Shown here: piece by piece, positions 12,801 through 25,800 of the stretch
Position numbering within the stretch: the first letter of the stretch is position 1
How the letters are laid out: each line of letters opens with the position of its first letter
NCBI GenBank assembly: GCA_965285935.1
Contig: OZ260662.1
Coordinates: 77,748,001 to 77,812,000, forward strand
Direction: 5' to 3'
Source of the DNA: Ophelia neglecta
Taxonomy: Eukaryota
Length of the DNA: 64,000 nucleotides
Notes under the pieces: model-generated
The model's database searches: none
The model's input: the letters and a program-made list of their open reading frames with translations, nothing else
What the model was told of the DNA's origin: nothing
Position numbers and translations under genes: made by a program

Positions 12801-13132
12801 GACTATCGTATTTTGCCGTGATAATTGGTCTGGCCAGTTTATTTTCCACTGTGTTTTGGAGTATCTTTTTGGATGTCGAATTGAACATCGAAATCTCTCC
12901 CGGGATCGAGGGGAGCGACACTGTCTTTTTATTTGTGGGTATACTGAGTGTGGCGCTAGCAATTGCCTCTTTTATCTACTTGGCGTTCGTGCCCCCACCG
13001 CTTCCCCCTCGCCCTCCTGTCCGCCGAAGGAGAACCTCCAGTTCTCGTACCTCCTTCTCACAACCAGAGGAAACGAAAAGGAGGAAGCTTAGAAAGTCTA
13101 GAAGTGCTCCCAACTTCAATATCTATTTGTAG
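9184..13132 (+). CDS. CRT-like (chloroquine resistance transporter-like, DMT superfamily) multi-pass transporter, join(9184..9838,11837..12030,12242..12337,12629..13132), 482 aa
   Basis: Continuous spliced frame (1449 nt; phases 1,0,0) with about 10 hydrophobic segments. YCSPPIRFPVHLQPIL...P...RFFIVKK and LFWTNFIPGLG resemble CRT-like family motifs as I recall them; no search was run. Confidence 0.75.
11837..12030 (+). CDS. CRT-like transporter exon 2
   Basis: tttcag acceptor, GTATGA donor; two TM-like segments. Confidence 0.8.
12242..12337 (+). CDS. CRT-like transporter exon 3 (AHTFSILSWTHLLILVGVVFLFWTNFIPGLGT)
   Basis: TAG acceptor, GTGAGT donor; 96 nt, phase 0-0; absent from the ORF track. 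Confidence 0.8.
12629..13132 (+). CDS. CRT-like transporter exon 4 (terminal)
   Basis: ttttcaAG acceptor; Cys pair (GFSCF...YC), three TM-like segments, Pro/Arg/Ser-rich tail, TAG stop. Confidence 0.8.
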   Translation, partial: VHTVNDFANHVQIGFSCFYNGGNSSAYCSVIPGRSALFLLTYTFAFSTLMVILRFKDGLSYFAVIIGLASLFSTVFWSIFLDVELNIEISPGIEGSDTVFLFVGILSVALAIASFIYLAFVPPPLPPRPPVRRRRTSSSRTSFSQPEETKRRKLRKSRSAPNFNIYL

Positions 13133-15743
13133 AGCACAATGGAACTAGTCGATCAAACCTATAATAATTATTGTCTTCAATGCTACAGTGAAGGTCTGGT
13201 AGGCCTAATTGTAGACTTGAAATAACTATATCTCACCGGAATTGTGAAAACGGTCCTTTGAGTGATTTGGTGAAATCCGCCGGGTACAATGTAGTCCTGA
13301 CCCTATTTTTGGGCCCAGTTTTTCAAACTTCCTATATTATTTTTATAAGAATTAGATTTGTCATTATGCCTGGTCTATATTTATTACTAAATCCATTGAA
13401 ATGAAAAACAGATGAAAAATGATTATTTTAGACAGTGTTTAAAAGTTCATTTTGAAATATTTGAATATAAAAGTGACCTAAAATCCAAGGTTATATTAGC
13501 TCATGGAAGTTATGTCTTAATAAATTTATTTATTTAGTTGGGTCTGGCTTTCCCGCTGAAGTATTTTGAATAAGCATTTTTAAATGACTATTTAAATTTT
13601 GTCTATAATAATCAGACAATTTCAAAAAGGTAGCCTTCGTTTTTTAACATCTGGCCGATGATAACTTGTTTCAACATCTGAGACATCACCAAAAAAAAAA
13701 AAAAATTACGGTAATCATTTGCATTTGTCTTAATTGGAAAGCATCATAGGAGAAGGCAGCAAGAAGAATTGTTAATAAATAGTGAGTAGTGGGGAAAGTA
13801 GTACCTGCATACTCCACTTGTCCCTTTTTTATAGATACATGTATATAGTGTTACCAGTTTTGTAAAGTGAAACAAAGGAAAACTTGTTTCGGTAATCAAC
13901 TGACCCCATGCAGCTCAATATTCCAATAATGTATTTAGAACGCATACAATTTAGTTAATCTTCAGCACTATGTGCAATCCATGTATATATATTTCAATAA
14001 ATATCGAAGCTACTTGCATGACAAGTCTACTGAGCTCCCTTAATAATTTTAAATTTAAGGGCAACTAGTACAATTATTGCGGAATTCAAAATGCAGAAAA
14101 ACATACACAACGACCATTTTTACAATGGCTATACACATGAAATAAGGGTACAGTACCGGTCAATATTTCATAATGCAAAATGGACATAATTTCGCACAAG
14201 TCATCAGGCTATAATCTTTCGAGTTTTTCACAATAATAACAAAAACAGGCTACCTTAAATGTGATGTTCATGTGATTTGATACTGATGGAATTTTTTGAA
14301 AATGACTTAAGCCATTAATTGGTGCTATACGCCTATTGGGATAAAACAGGTCAAATATTGGCTAATCAGTCTCGTGGTCCTTTAAATACAAATACAAATA
14401 TAAATATGGACAGGCCAGGGGTGTCACAGGAAGTTAATATAAATGTAGTGAAGAGGAAATTATTATGAACCTGAATTAATATGATGTCATTTGTACTTAC
14501 GAATAGAGCCTATAGCTGTAGCTATACGCCTATTTCTGCTGTGTGGGCATTCACCAGAGGCCGCCACTAACAACTGCACTGGCAGATGGAACGCCATCGT
14601 GGCCAGAGGATCTATAAAGTAGTTTCATGGCTAGAATCATGATAGTGATCAATGTTTCAACAGTGTGCAAACAAAGGTTTTTTTAAATTCTACTTGCTTA
14701 AAGCTTACTGCTTAGAAATAGAAAAAAATGTTAGACAGTCCGTATTTGTGCTCATTTATTCGTTATCCTTTATCACATTGGCACAGTTCATACTACTGTA
14801 TATTGGCCAATGAAACATGCCAGTCATAGTAACTGGTATGTATATTGCATTTAGGACATTTAAGAGTGTATTATATAAGATACCTTGCTATAGTTTAGAA
14901 AATTAGATGTAGTAAATGAAAAAATGAACACTGGATTCTTAAAAAAGTGAAAAATGTTAAAAATGGAAATAACTTTTCAGTCATCACATCATAGATTGCA
15001 TGGAATAGTCTCTGCTGATGATATATTTGTTATATATTATATTTAACAAAATTATTTAAACATTTTAACCACATTTATACCGGATACACATTATGTCATT
15101 TTTAACCACAGTTAGACTATGATGCACATACCACCATATGGCCAAATCCATTAGCAAAACAAGCCAAACGCCCAAATGGCATTTTGTCAATTTCGTTTTC
15201 AATCTGGCCTGTCATAAGAGGGATAAATAACGAGTATTTCCCTCCATGCCTTGCAGGGAGAAACTGGGAAATATTGAGATACCCAGTTGCTTGGGTCAGA
15301 GGTAAAATGTGAGGGATCGAGGAAAACAGCAAGACATTGCCAAAACTGCCAAATCTAAATCCTTGGGAGGGTTTTCAATAGCTTCCTCGAGCTGTCGTCT
15401 GCGACTATCCCGCGCACAGATGTGAGGCATACTGAGATACCTTGGCAGTAGTCAAACAAATTGATGGCAACCTCGAGAACTGAATAGTTTGTTGAACTCA
15501 GCAGATCCTGAATTGAATCTGCTGTTCCAAAAAGAAATAACGGTGGACAATACCCCCGCCAAAGGAATAATTCACCTACGCCCCTAAAGCATCACACCCA
15601 TTTGTAAATTTCAATTTTGAGCTCTTCAGCACTATTGCATATATGTAGGCCAATGTGAGTCTCCTTACGAGCAAATCATAAGCTTAGGGCCATGATATTA
15701 TATGTTGGTTGCTCAAATAACATTTAAATTGAACTTCTTTCAG

Positions 15744-15903
15744 TTTGCTCTCCAACCAAACATAGCTCAAATATTTTTCTTCGTAACTCAGCTCTAATGT
15801 TCACTCCTACGGGTCTATAGGCCTACTTTGCTCTCCAACCAAACACCTCATATATTTTTCTTCGTAACTCAGCTATAGAGTTTTTACTCTTACGGACCTA
15901 TAA
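15744..15903 (+). repeat. Tandem duplication of an ~83-bp unit (2 diverged copies)
   Basis: tttgctctccaaccaaaca...tatttttcttcgtaactcagct occurs at 15744 and 15827. Confidence 0.85.
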
Positions 15904-18900
15904 AATATCTGATTGGATTATAATACGGGCGTTGTTTTTTCAAAGCATGCATGCTAAGTTAAGTAGCCCTAATATAATTATTTACGATTTATAAGGCCAA
16001 AATATATTACCAGTAGGCTAACCTATAATCAATTGACTTTGAGAAAACGTAGGCCTATATAGGCCTGCACTTAGGTGATAATTTACCCAGCACTGTGCAG
16101 TTAAGTTGTTTTTAATCTATCAAAGACTTCATCTTATAGACACTGGTTTACCCTACACTGTCTGGAGAAGCCCGCCAATTGACTGTCATTGCTTTTAGCC
16201 GGGGCCAGCCGCTCCAGGCCGCCCAGGGGCTGATGGAGGGGTAACCCGGGGAAGCCCCTGCCCCCGCCCTCTCTCTCTTCCCGAATCCCCATGGTCTGAG
16301 AGGGCGTCACGGGGCAGTACCAGTCTCGGCCAGCCCGGCACATGCTAGTCTGCATGATTGATGACGCTCTACTCTACGGGGAACGTACATTTTATACTTG
16401 AAACGTGCACGTAAAACAAGAATTAATGTGCCTCTAAATATTTCGATTTTCGTTCACAAATCTTCGATAATTGCCCCCTGCTTGAAGTAAAGTTCCATCA
16501 AATTTATATGACCCGTGTCACCTGTTTCGAATTTTGACTCGACGCACATGTCAAATAATGAAATTGTTATTTAAAATCATTATAGGTCATATGTCTAATA
16601 ACGTTAGTTTACAAGATTTCCTTGTAGTGTTCATTGATAGCTTTGTAAATGCCCTTAATAGACAGGTAACATTTAGTTTAACTTATTAAGCTAGTAGGAC
16701 CTAAGTTCATCAACCCTTCATTCACTAAAAGTGCTATAAATTGTCCTTTCAGTCATTGCACACATCTTATGTTTCCCTCCTTTATTCTATTGTTTACTTT
16801 TGCCTATATAATTAAAGGCTAACACCAGAATTGCAAGGGCTTCATTATACAATATACAAGTACAGTGCATGCATCTTTCACATTAGGATTTTCCCTGATA
16901 ATGGTGCCAACAGATGGCAGCACTAGGCCCATAAGCTGTGACCAGAAAGAGTGTGTGACAACTCTAGGAAAATATAACAACCCAACTGCAACAACGTGCA
17001 TATACCAGAAACTATTAAGTCATGCACACCAAATTACACATTTGGCAGCGGTTTAAGAACGCATGAACAGAGTTGGGCAGGATTTCATATTCAACTGAAA
17101 AATCTTGGTTTTGTTGGCCACTCGGACTGCAAATAGAATCGCTCCTCCGGTTGGTTTTAAATCTAACGCGTCCATGTGGCTGGAAACCCATGATTTCTCC
17201 CCTTTAATAAGCCTTATTAGAAAATTGTAAAGGTTGCATATGGGGCCTACCTAATAAGGGCCCTCTCATATTTGTAAACTAAGCATGGGAATGCTGCTCT
17301 GTCAACAATACCAGTAACCTTTAAATTTAGTAAGGTTTGTGACTAAACACCAGGCGCTGTGAGCAAGATGGGAACACATTATATCAATGCCATTCTCTTT
17401 TACAAACTAACTTCGCATTATATTAATCATTAGGCTATATAGCTCAGCCTTATTGGAATCTCAAACTTCTATTAAAAAACAGTACATTTTTTATGCCTCG
17501 TGTTTTGATATGTTGTATGGTATGCATGGATAAGATTAGATTCCATTCTTTATCCCACAATAACAAAACTGTTCTACAATTTTCGCGCTTCTTTGGCTCA
17601 ATTTTAAGCAACGGGCCTGATCATTCATATAAAGAAATAGTTTGTTGTCCTCGACTACTATAGTTTGTAGATGCAAAGAGTAGGCATCTACAATTCATGT
17701 TTTACAATTTTCGCTATAGGGGCCTCTAGATATTGTTAATAACTGATAGGTATAGGCCTTCATACAACGTTTATTGTTAAGCATATTATTGTCGCTTGTA
17801 GCTTATATGTTTGTACCATTCATATTGGCATTATTTTGAAACTAACAAAAAAGCCTGGAAATCGATCTGTGCAAAAATAGTACATGAAAATGTAGCTGAC
17901 AGTATGTGTATTATTCTGTTAAAGATTTACTGGCGAAGATATCTTTGAAAACGGTACTACAGCGGAACAGACGATAAGATATCACATGGCGCACAATAAT
18001 GTAGTCTGTAATGTAATTGCAGCAACATCCGATAAAACGAATCGATTACTCGATTATACATTCCATCTCATGCTGTTTGGATTGTTGAATATTTTCTGGA
18101 TTTTGTTTGTGTTGAAGTCGTCTGACTAACAGCGAGACCCCACCCTCAGGCAGTTCAATGATCGCCTCAAGGGGAGACTCTATGGTTACCACCACACTTC
18201 ATTGTTTTTCCCACCCCATTCTCGCTGCGAGAACGTCAACAATTGCGGCGATACAATTCTTTCTCTCCTTTGGTGGCTAATTCGTCTGAATTCACCCACC
18301 CTGTGCTGTAGCACACTCAGTACAATCCCCGCTTACCCATTTAGGGAGAATTGTAAACAAGCTCGGGGAGCATGGGAAAGTCACATCCCGTTAGCCCCTG
18401 ACTGCAAAGCTTACCCTTTTCAAGGCTAGTGAAGAAGTCGAAACTTGCCAAATTTGTACAAAGCTTTTATTCTCTCCGCCATGGCAATTTAGTAATTTAG
18501 ACGGGTTGGACGAATTTCAAATGTATTGCTTAAAATTATTACATGTTTCATCTCACGCAGACCGAATTGACATGAAAATCCCGTCTCAGCACCCTGGGGA
18601 GCGCGAAAAATTACCAAGTGTACCGCGGATCTAACAATGAACTGCGATTTGCTAAGTTGTAAGCCTCTTACGAAGTCAACGGATACCTCGGCTCCCACCG
18701 AGACATTGTTGAGACAATCTCAGATTAAATTGACACAAATCTGTACTGCCATCGGCTTACAAGCACAGTGCATCAATAACTGCTGATAATAAACTTTACA
18801 ATCCATTTGTATCTCATGATTTAGTGTCACAAAGCAATATGAATTACGAATAATAAGGAATAATCAGAATGTTCATTATTTCGAGTTTAACTTAATGATT

Positions 18901-19785
18901 ACTTTGTTTTGAACCAAAGGCCTTAATCGATTATAAAAATGTATAGGATAGGCCCACAGTTTCAATTCAATATGTTTTGTGGCGGAGGTCATTTGTGTAT
19001 AGAGTTAGCGTTGGCCTAGTACATGTAGACCTATATCATTCTTAACATTTCCTCCCAAAAGAAATTGCATGAAATCGTCACGGTAAAGCGTAATACCATT
19101 ATATATAAAGCTCGTATATGCCTGTACATATGGTCTATTGGATAGATGACAATAAAAACCCTAGTTAAATTTATAAGTATTTGTGAAATATGATCAGTTT
19201 CATTTACTGATCGCGATGAAAGCGGTATTTAGCCATTTTTAGTTTGAATACCACTAATTTAAATTCACAAGTAGAAACTTAAAGGGCATACTCAAAATTG
19301 AACATTTTATGATTTGGGTAAAATATGTTACAAATTCTTTTGCCAAATTAAAATAGCGTATATAGGGCCTAATACATTTTGTAGTTCCTATTTTGAAAGG
19401 AAATCTAGGCATTCTTTGCAAATGAAAAATACCCACGATAACAGCACCAAATACAGCTTGATAGATCGATCCCAATCTAACATGTCTTTATTCGTCCCCA
19501 AACTAATTTGCATTTGTCGTCTGGTTCGTATTATAGGCATGTTCTATAGAATGCGTTGAATGTGTCAGCAAAGTGCGTGTAACAACTCTCTTCTTTTACC
19601 AATTAGGCCCATATTATACGCGAGCCCCATTAATCTACCTGCAGAAGTGAGACAAATTATGGTGAGTTAGCCCTGGTCAAGGTTTTCTGTCAGGTTTCTG
19701 CTTCCTGTGCCGGAAATGAGTTCTGGGTGTGATTGATGCGCGCGAATAGCAGTCCCCGCCATTGGCGACTGATTGGAACAATATG

Positions 19786-19800
19786 GTGCCCTCTGGTGGC
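19786..19800 (-). promoter_or_regulatory. Candidate CTCF-binding site
   Basis: Minus strand reads GCCACCAGAGGGCAC, matching the CTCF core consensus CCASYAGRKGGCRS. Confidence 0.5.
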
Positions 19801-22800
19801 AGCCAACCTCTCAGAGAACCGAGCATAATGCCAGCCAAGGAAGTGAGCTGAATGGGGCATTTTGATTATTAATCACCGATTTACAGTGGATAGTTCTAAT
19901 CTAATTACTCAAATATTGAATCAGGCCCATGTTTTATTCATCAATTCACGGATACAAAGTTTTCTTTGACATTTATCATTATTAGGCGGTCTCCGATTTA
20001 TTACGAGGACGCAATAAACGGCCAGACAATAGTGGCCATTTCAGCGAGCAGAACGCCTATAATTGTCATCTATTCTCATTTGGCTCGGTCATTATAAAAC
20101 TGTGGTCGCAATAACCGGGAGATGCCAAATATAGGGCATCAAATTTATAGTTGATCGCCTACCACACCTATAGCCAACTGCCGGGAAACAATTTTAGACG
20201 GAAATGCCATCTCCTGTCCCCAGGAAACTGTCTCCAGACCGTTATTAAATATTTTTAATTAACTGAGGCAATATTGCTAAAAAAAATATGGAGACCATCG
20301 TTCTGGCTACATTTTATTTGAAATTTCAGGATAATGTTCCCACACATAATTGGCCTACACAAATTATTTCTCGATTAGGCATTTATATGAAAATTAGCTA
20401 GACTTTATTAGCTTATAGGCCATATACATTTATCTTATTCTATCTTCCATTAAGGCATGTAGTGGGTTTTGGCAAGTAATGTACTTTCTCACATGCCTTT
20501 AACCCATTTAAATTGATATCATGCTGAATTTTTGGGAGCTTTCAAATCGGTCTTCATCTCTCGGGGATTAATCCAGGCAAACCAATTCTCATGGTCGTTC
20601 TGAGCTAATACCCCTTTACATTCTAACCCGTCTCTGGCCTCGAGTTTCTTGGCTCGCGGTACAGACCATGGGCCTATAATTATGTATGGCAGTTCGGTTG
20701 CCGTAGACGAACTCGGGTCAGTCTAAATCTGATAGAATTGCCGCGGGAGCTTATGTTCCCAATCAATACTATAACCTATGTTTATTTGGTCAAAATATCC
20801 TCGACTTGTAGATTGAACCTGTAGTGCAAATATTTGTCGACGGATTATGAGGAAGAATCAACAGTTAATGGGGAGAATGACAGCTCAGTGGCCTGATGGG
20901 CAGGCTGAGTGACATTTCTGAAAATAAACAACTGTCAGATACCGTGCCCTTAGTGATCATATAGTCATCAGGCAGATAGAGAGAAGAACGTGCCGACTTT
21001 CTAACAGAAGTACTGTTAGCAAAATGTAGGCCTATACGATTTGAAAGTGCAATTTAATGGTGTTTAATGTATTAAATAGAATTGTTTATGGTTTTATACT
21101 ATGCTGTACATTAACAAATTATTGTCAGTGTTGTTTATACTGTATTAGGCTAATCCGGTGGTCCATGCGAATTCTTCCTTTATTAAGAACATAATTTTAA
21201 ATTATTGTTGAACTCATTGTGTATCAGAGGCCCACCGATAAACTTAGTACGACACTCAAGCTTAGAACGAGATGCACAGATGTATAAAAAAATTAAGCTC
21301 TGGGTAGGCATGGGTTTGGGGCCGGGTTAGGAAGGCACCAACTGCTGCATTAAAAACATGTTCAACTCCCACTGTACAACCTTACCAAACGCATGAATCA
21401 TTATAAACCAGTTGCTATCTTTAATCTTTACGTTAAATCTTCCAAATATACCGATTTATTTCATGAACACTTTGCTCCTAAATAAAATTGACCAAGAAAA
21501 TCGTTTGAGGATTAGAATAAACTCTGCTGTATGAATAGGAGGAATAGGGTCTTCATTATGAATTCTCTTATCTAAAAAAGAAAACAATGTTTACCAATGT
21601 TCAAAATGATCCACCGACATTTAAATCATTCGAGTATACATAGCCATCACAATGGCTTGTGTCTTTATTAATAGGGTAAAGAAGACCTGATGACACGCAA
21701 AGAATATGAGCATTGTGTAATTGATCTTAAGTCATCCAAGTCATTGAGTCGAAATCGGGCTACTATTATATTGGCTTAGCTGAATAATTGAAAGCTTGTT
21801 TGCCGATACAAAAGTGTTTAATAAAGAATTCATGGCAACATGAATCACGGCAGAAAATCATTTTACACTGCAGGGGTTGAAATGGCATGGGGAAGTGACA
21901 TGACTGAAGCTTTTACTGATCCGAGTGTTTCTGCCTCATGCCCCTAAATGAGCCTCTCAAGAGGCAATCAGTCACAATATGGCGTCATTTCCGCTCTACC
22001 ATTATTCCGGTGTATAGTACCTGTATATCAATCTAAATGCCTCCTGTAGAGAGCTGTTTTAGGCACGCACGACATATGACCACTAAAACTGTCTGCTCTT
22101 CAGAGGGATTTATATATTATACACCTACATACTACGTTCTCAATACTAATATTCCATAATTACGCCTACTTTAGTATTGGTCCCATCTGTCTTTTTGCAT
22201 CACTGTAGCATGTTGCATAATATTATGTTAATCAGCTGCGGTTGTTTTTCGGTCCTATCTGTCTTTCGACGAAGGATATTGCTATGCACATATTTGATCA
22301 GTGAAAGACTATTTGCGAATTTTCAATGTGCCTTAAATCAATGTCATATCAATTGAACGTTATTTATTATCAACAGAAAATATCACATTCATATTAATGA
22401 AATAATCTAAATAATAGTACTAGTATCGTGGAACAGAAAACCATATGATTCAGTAGCTAGGTACTTTGGCAAACAGAGAAGTCATTGGAAAATGATGGCT
22501 AACTGCACCGTTATCGAAGGTTATTGGACCTCTTAAAAATGTGAAGCTAGATATCAAAACCGTTTGTTGCTAAATGACAATTAAAAACTTAAAACGATTT
22601 CTTTGTATGGAAAGGGTTGGGCACACGTATTCATAAATACCCCCAAAACGACAATTTATGCGTAGGATTCCATAAAATTTCAACAAGTTTTACATCTTTT
22701 TGCCTATGTTTATCTGCTTCAGTCTAAAGGTTAACCTCTTTCGCTTCTTGTCAAATCACAGTGGTAGAATTTAAATATTTGTGATAACTTACAAGCGATG

Positions 22801-25800
22801 GTGGGTCGCACAATAGACTGACACAGCATAAACAGCAAACATCTCCACAGAAGCAGCGACGGGGCACCCTACACTCAGTCAAGTCGAAACAAAACTGTCA
22901 AAAGACTCCATTACTTTTTTGATTGATATATTTCCCAGAGGGCAAAAGACAGTTTTGTCCCATTACATGTGGAGTTCCACAGTAAATGATGCTTTATTTC
23001 TGAGCTCCAGTTGATTTATTCTTAATAACAAGCGACATTAACCTCCCTCGGTGAAAGACCAAGATGGCAACACGCTAAATCAAAGAAAGAAAGGAAGAAA
23101 ATATATTGACACAAGTATGGTGTTACCATATACGGACAAAACATGAAAGCAGACGATGAAAATCTTTGCTATGCATCTACCACTGATAAGATAAATGTAC
23201 CCGATAGCATCTCTCCCAATTTGTTCAATCACCAACAAAACTTATTGGAGATTTCATTAAAAGGAACAAGTGTCTTGTATCTACAAATGTATCAGCTGAG
23301 GATGTCATGGTTCAAAACCTTTGAAAGGAGGAGAGCAATGCTATCAAATAGCTAGAATTACCATCGCCTCGAGCTAGGCGGCAGCCATCGGTCTCCGCCG
23401 AACGGGAGGACACTTGTATCATGATGATCTCTTCTCGCGCCTCTTACTTCTGAGGCGGTCTGCGGACGGTATTTACATCCGAAGGAGGTGAAATAAAAGT
23501 TATTGGACACCAACAACAATTGTTAAGGCTTTGAAGAAGACACTTAAAGATAAAAGTTGAAAATAGTAGCAGTTGCTACCGTTCTCTTTCCTTTATGGCC
23601 TGAGGCACTGGGCCTGTCACCTTCCCCAATCAAAAATAAGGCTTGGGAACAAGCTACATCATGTTAGTGGAATATATGTCATCCAAACTTGCTAGTGTGG
23701 AAGATAGATCTATTTGCAATTAATTTGTGTTTTAACGGGTGTTTGAAAAGCTTGCGATTGACACCGATATCGGGTTGCCAGGTTTGTTCCCGTGTAACGT
23801 ATACAGTTTCGGCAGTGGTGTAACAGAAAAGACTTCCCTGCGACTGAAACATGACACTCCAATACCGCACTGCACCTGTACATAACGAAATTACTTTACA
23901 CCGTCTAGAAGTGACACAAACGTTTAGTCGAATAGGGTATCAGGTTCTTGTGTTTCCTTTTGATACACAGGTGCAGAAGAAAAAGGTCTACATGCCGTGA
24001 AACTGTATCTTAACCACAAAAAGATCACGAAAATTGCTCTAGACACTTAAAGAAGGGATTTTAAACTGCAGTAAATTGACTGGTTGAAATAGAAATCTAT
24101 ACCTCGACATGGAGAAACAAATTACGAAACAAAATTATTAGAACCACACTATATTGTGTGCCTCTATCCCCGTTATATGCAGGGATATATAATATAAACA
24201 GGGGCCACAAACTCTATGTACGTTTACCGTCAATCTACCGTAATTATTTAAAAATCTGCTATTCCTTGAGATTTGAGGATGTACTAAATCATCCCATGGG
24301 CCTATCATAATGTCTAATACAGGTTACACAAAGTCGTCTGCTGTTATTCTCTGCAGTTCTATTGGCACCTTCCAGCATGCGTGCAAAACTTTAATCAGCA
24401 TTCGAATTCTAGATATTTATAACTAGACGAACTTTCGCCTAATGATACCTCTTTGAATTCAAGCATCGGTCAGTTTTAAAATTTATTACTGAGCTGACGT
24501 GTGGATATTAGCAACATTTAATTTTGTTGTGATCGACATTTCATTATGATTGACTATTTTTTTCTCTTCAAATGTAGACTGCTAATTTCCACGGGGCCAT
24601 AACTATGGCCATACAGTCGCCATCAACGACACACATCGAATATACCTGGCGAATTTAAAAGAAATCCAGCGCCGATGAGATCATGAAAAACTCATCATCA
24701 TACATCTTGTGACAGTCTTGACGAGGGCCTCATCAACTTTTCTTTTGACACTTGAAGCATTGACCGAAAAAGTCAATACTTCTTCGCTCCATTGTCATCG
24801 GCGTGACGGTAAGGCAGTTTATGGAGAACCCTTGGCGGCGCACTGGAACCATTTGTAGATTTTTCTATTGTCGTGAACTAATGTGGCGAACTTCTTACGA
24901 CAAAATTATGGATAGCATGGAGTAGTCGCATCCCAGGCTGGCTGTTATTCAGACAAAGACCCACAACCAAAAACCGCAGGATGTCCGACGGTGTCGCCGG
25001 AATATTTGGTCACTCTATCAACGCTCCATTACGCTAGCTGTTGTCTAAGAGGGGCTCCTGTAGATGAAACAAATTAGAGGAACGATTTGAAGACCCTCGA
25101 GAATAACACAGTACAAATTCCCATCCTAACGGGTTCCTTCGTTGTCGTCTGCCTTTTAACCTTCGCCAGGGTTCCTTTGAAGAGCCAGCAAACAATTTCC
25201 CTTTAAGTCCACTAGAGAGGCGGGATGCATATGCAATTTGTTGATGCCAGAGGTAAAATCACTTCAAATAAAACGCACAGCTTGATAAAATTCAAGCGAA
25301 AGTAATGTGAGATATGTCTTAAGATGCATGAAACAGCAAGGAGCTAGGGAATACGCGGAGTGTAGGCCTTGTAGAACTTAGTTAGGCTTTACCATTGAAT
25401 ATATATCAATGGTTAAAGCTTTACATGCAAGAAGTATAGAGTTGTCTAGACATTGGGAAAGGAATGCCTTATTAAATGGTTCTAAATCATATGTATAGGC
25501 CCAGAAACTAAAGCCAAATAAGTATATATCACGAGCAGGGTATATAATACGTTAATTTTATTAGGCAATGATTCAAATAATTATGTAGGTTTATATTAGA
25601 GCAATATGTACCTTTGTTTACCAATAAGAAAGTTTACATTGATTTAGGCCTATGTGAGACTGTGTGTTTTACATTGGCCTATCCAAATCGTATACCTACA
25701 TATTTTATATATAAATCACATTGTATAAATCACAAATCATGAGACAGCAAGGAAAAGGGCCTCCTAGCTGGGGATGTCTCCTGCCGGCATAAGACCCGTC

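Noticed and set aside
14055-14385. Possible TTAA-flanked (Kolobok/piggyBac-like) element
   Set aside because: Putative termini (ttaaggggcaactag versus ctcgtggtcctttaa) match too poorly to call.
20881-20910. tRNA/SINE A-box-like AGCTCAGTGG with a small hairpin
   Set aside because: No B box, cloverleaf or tail.
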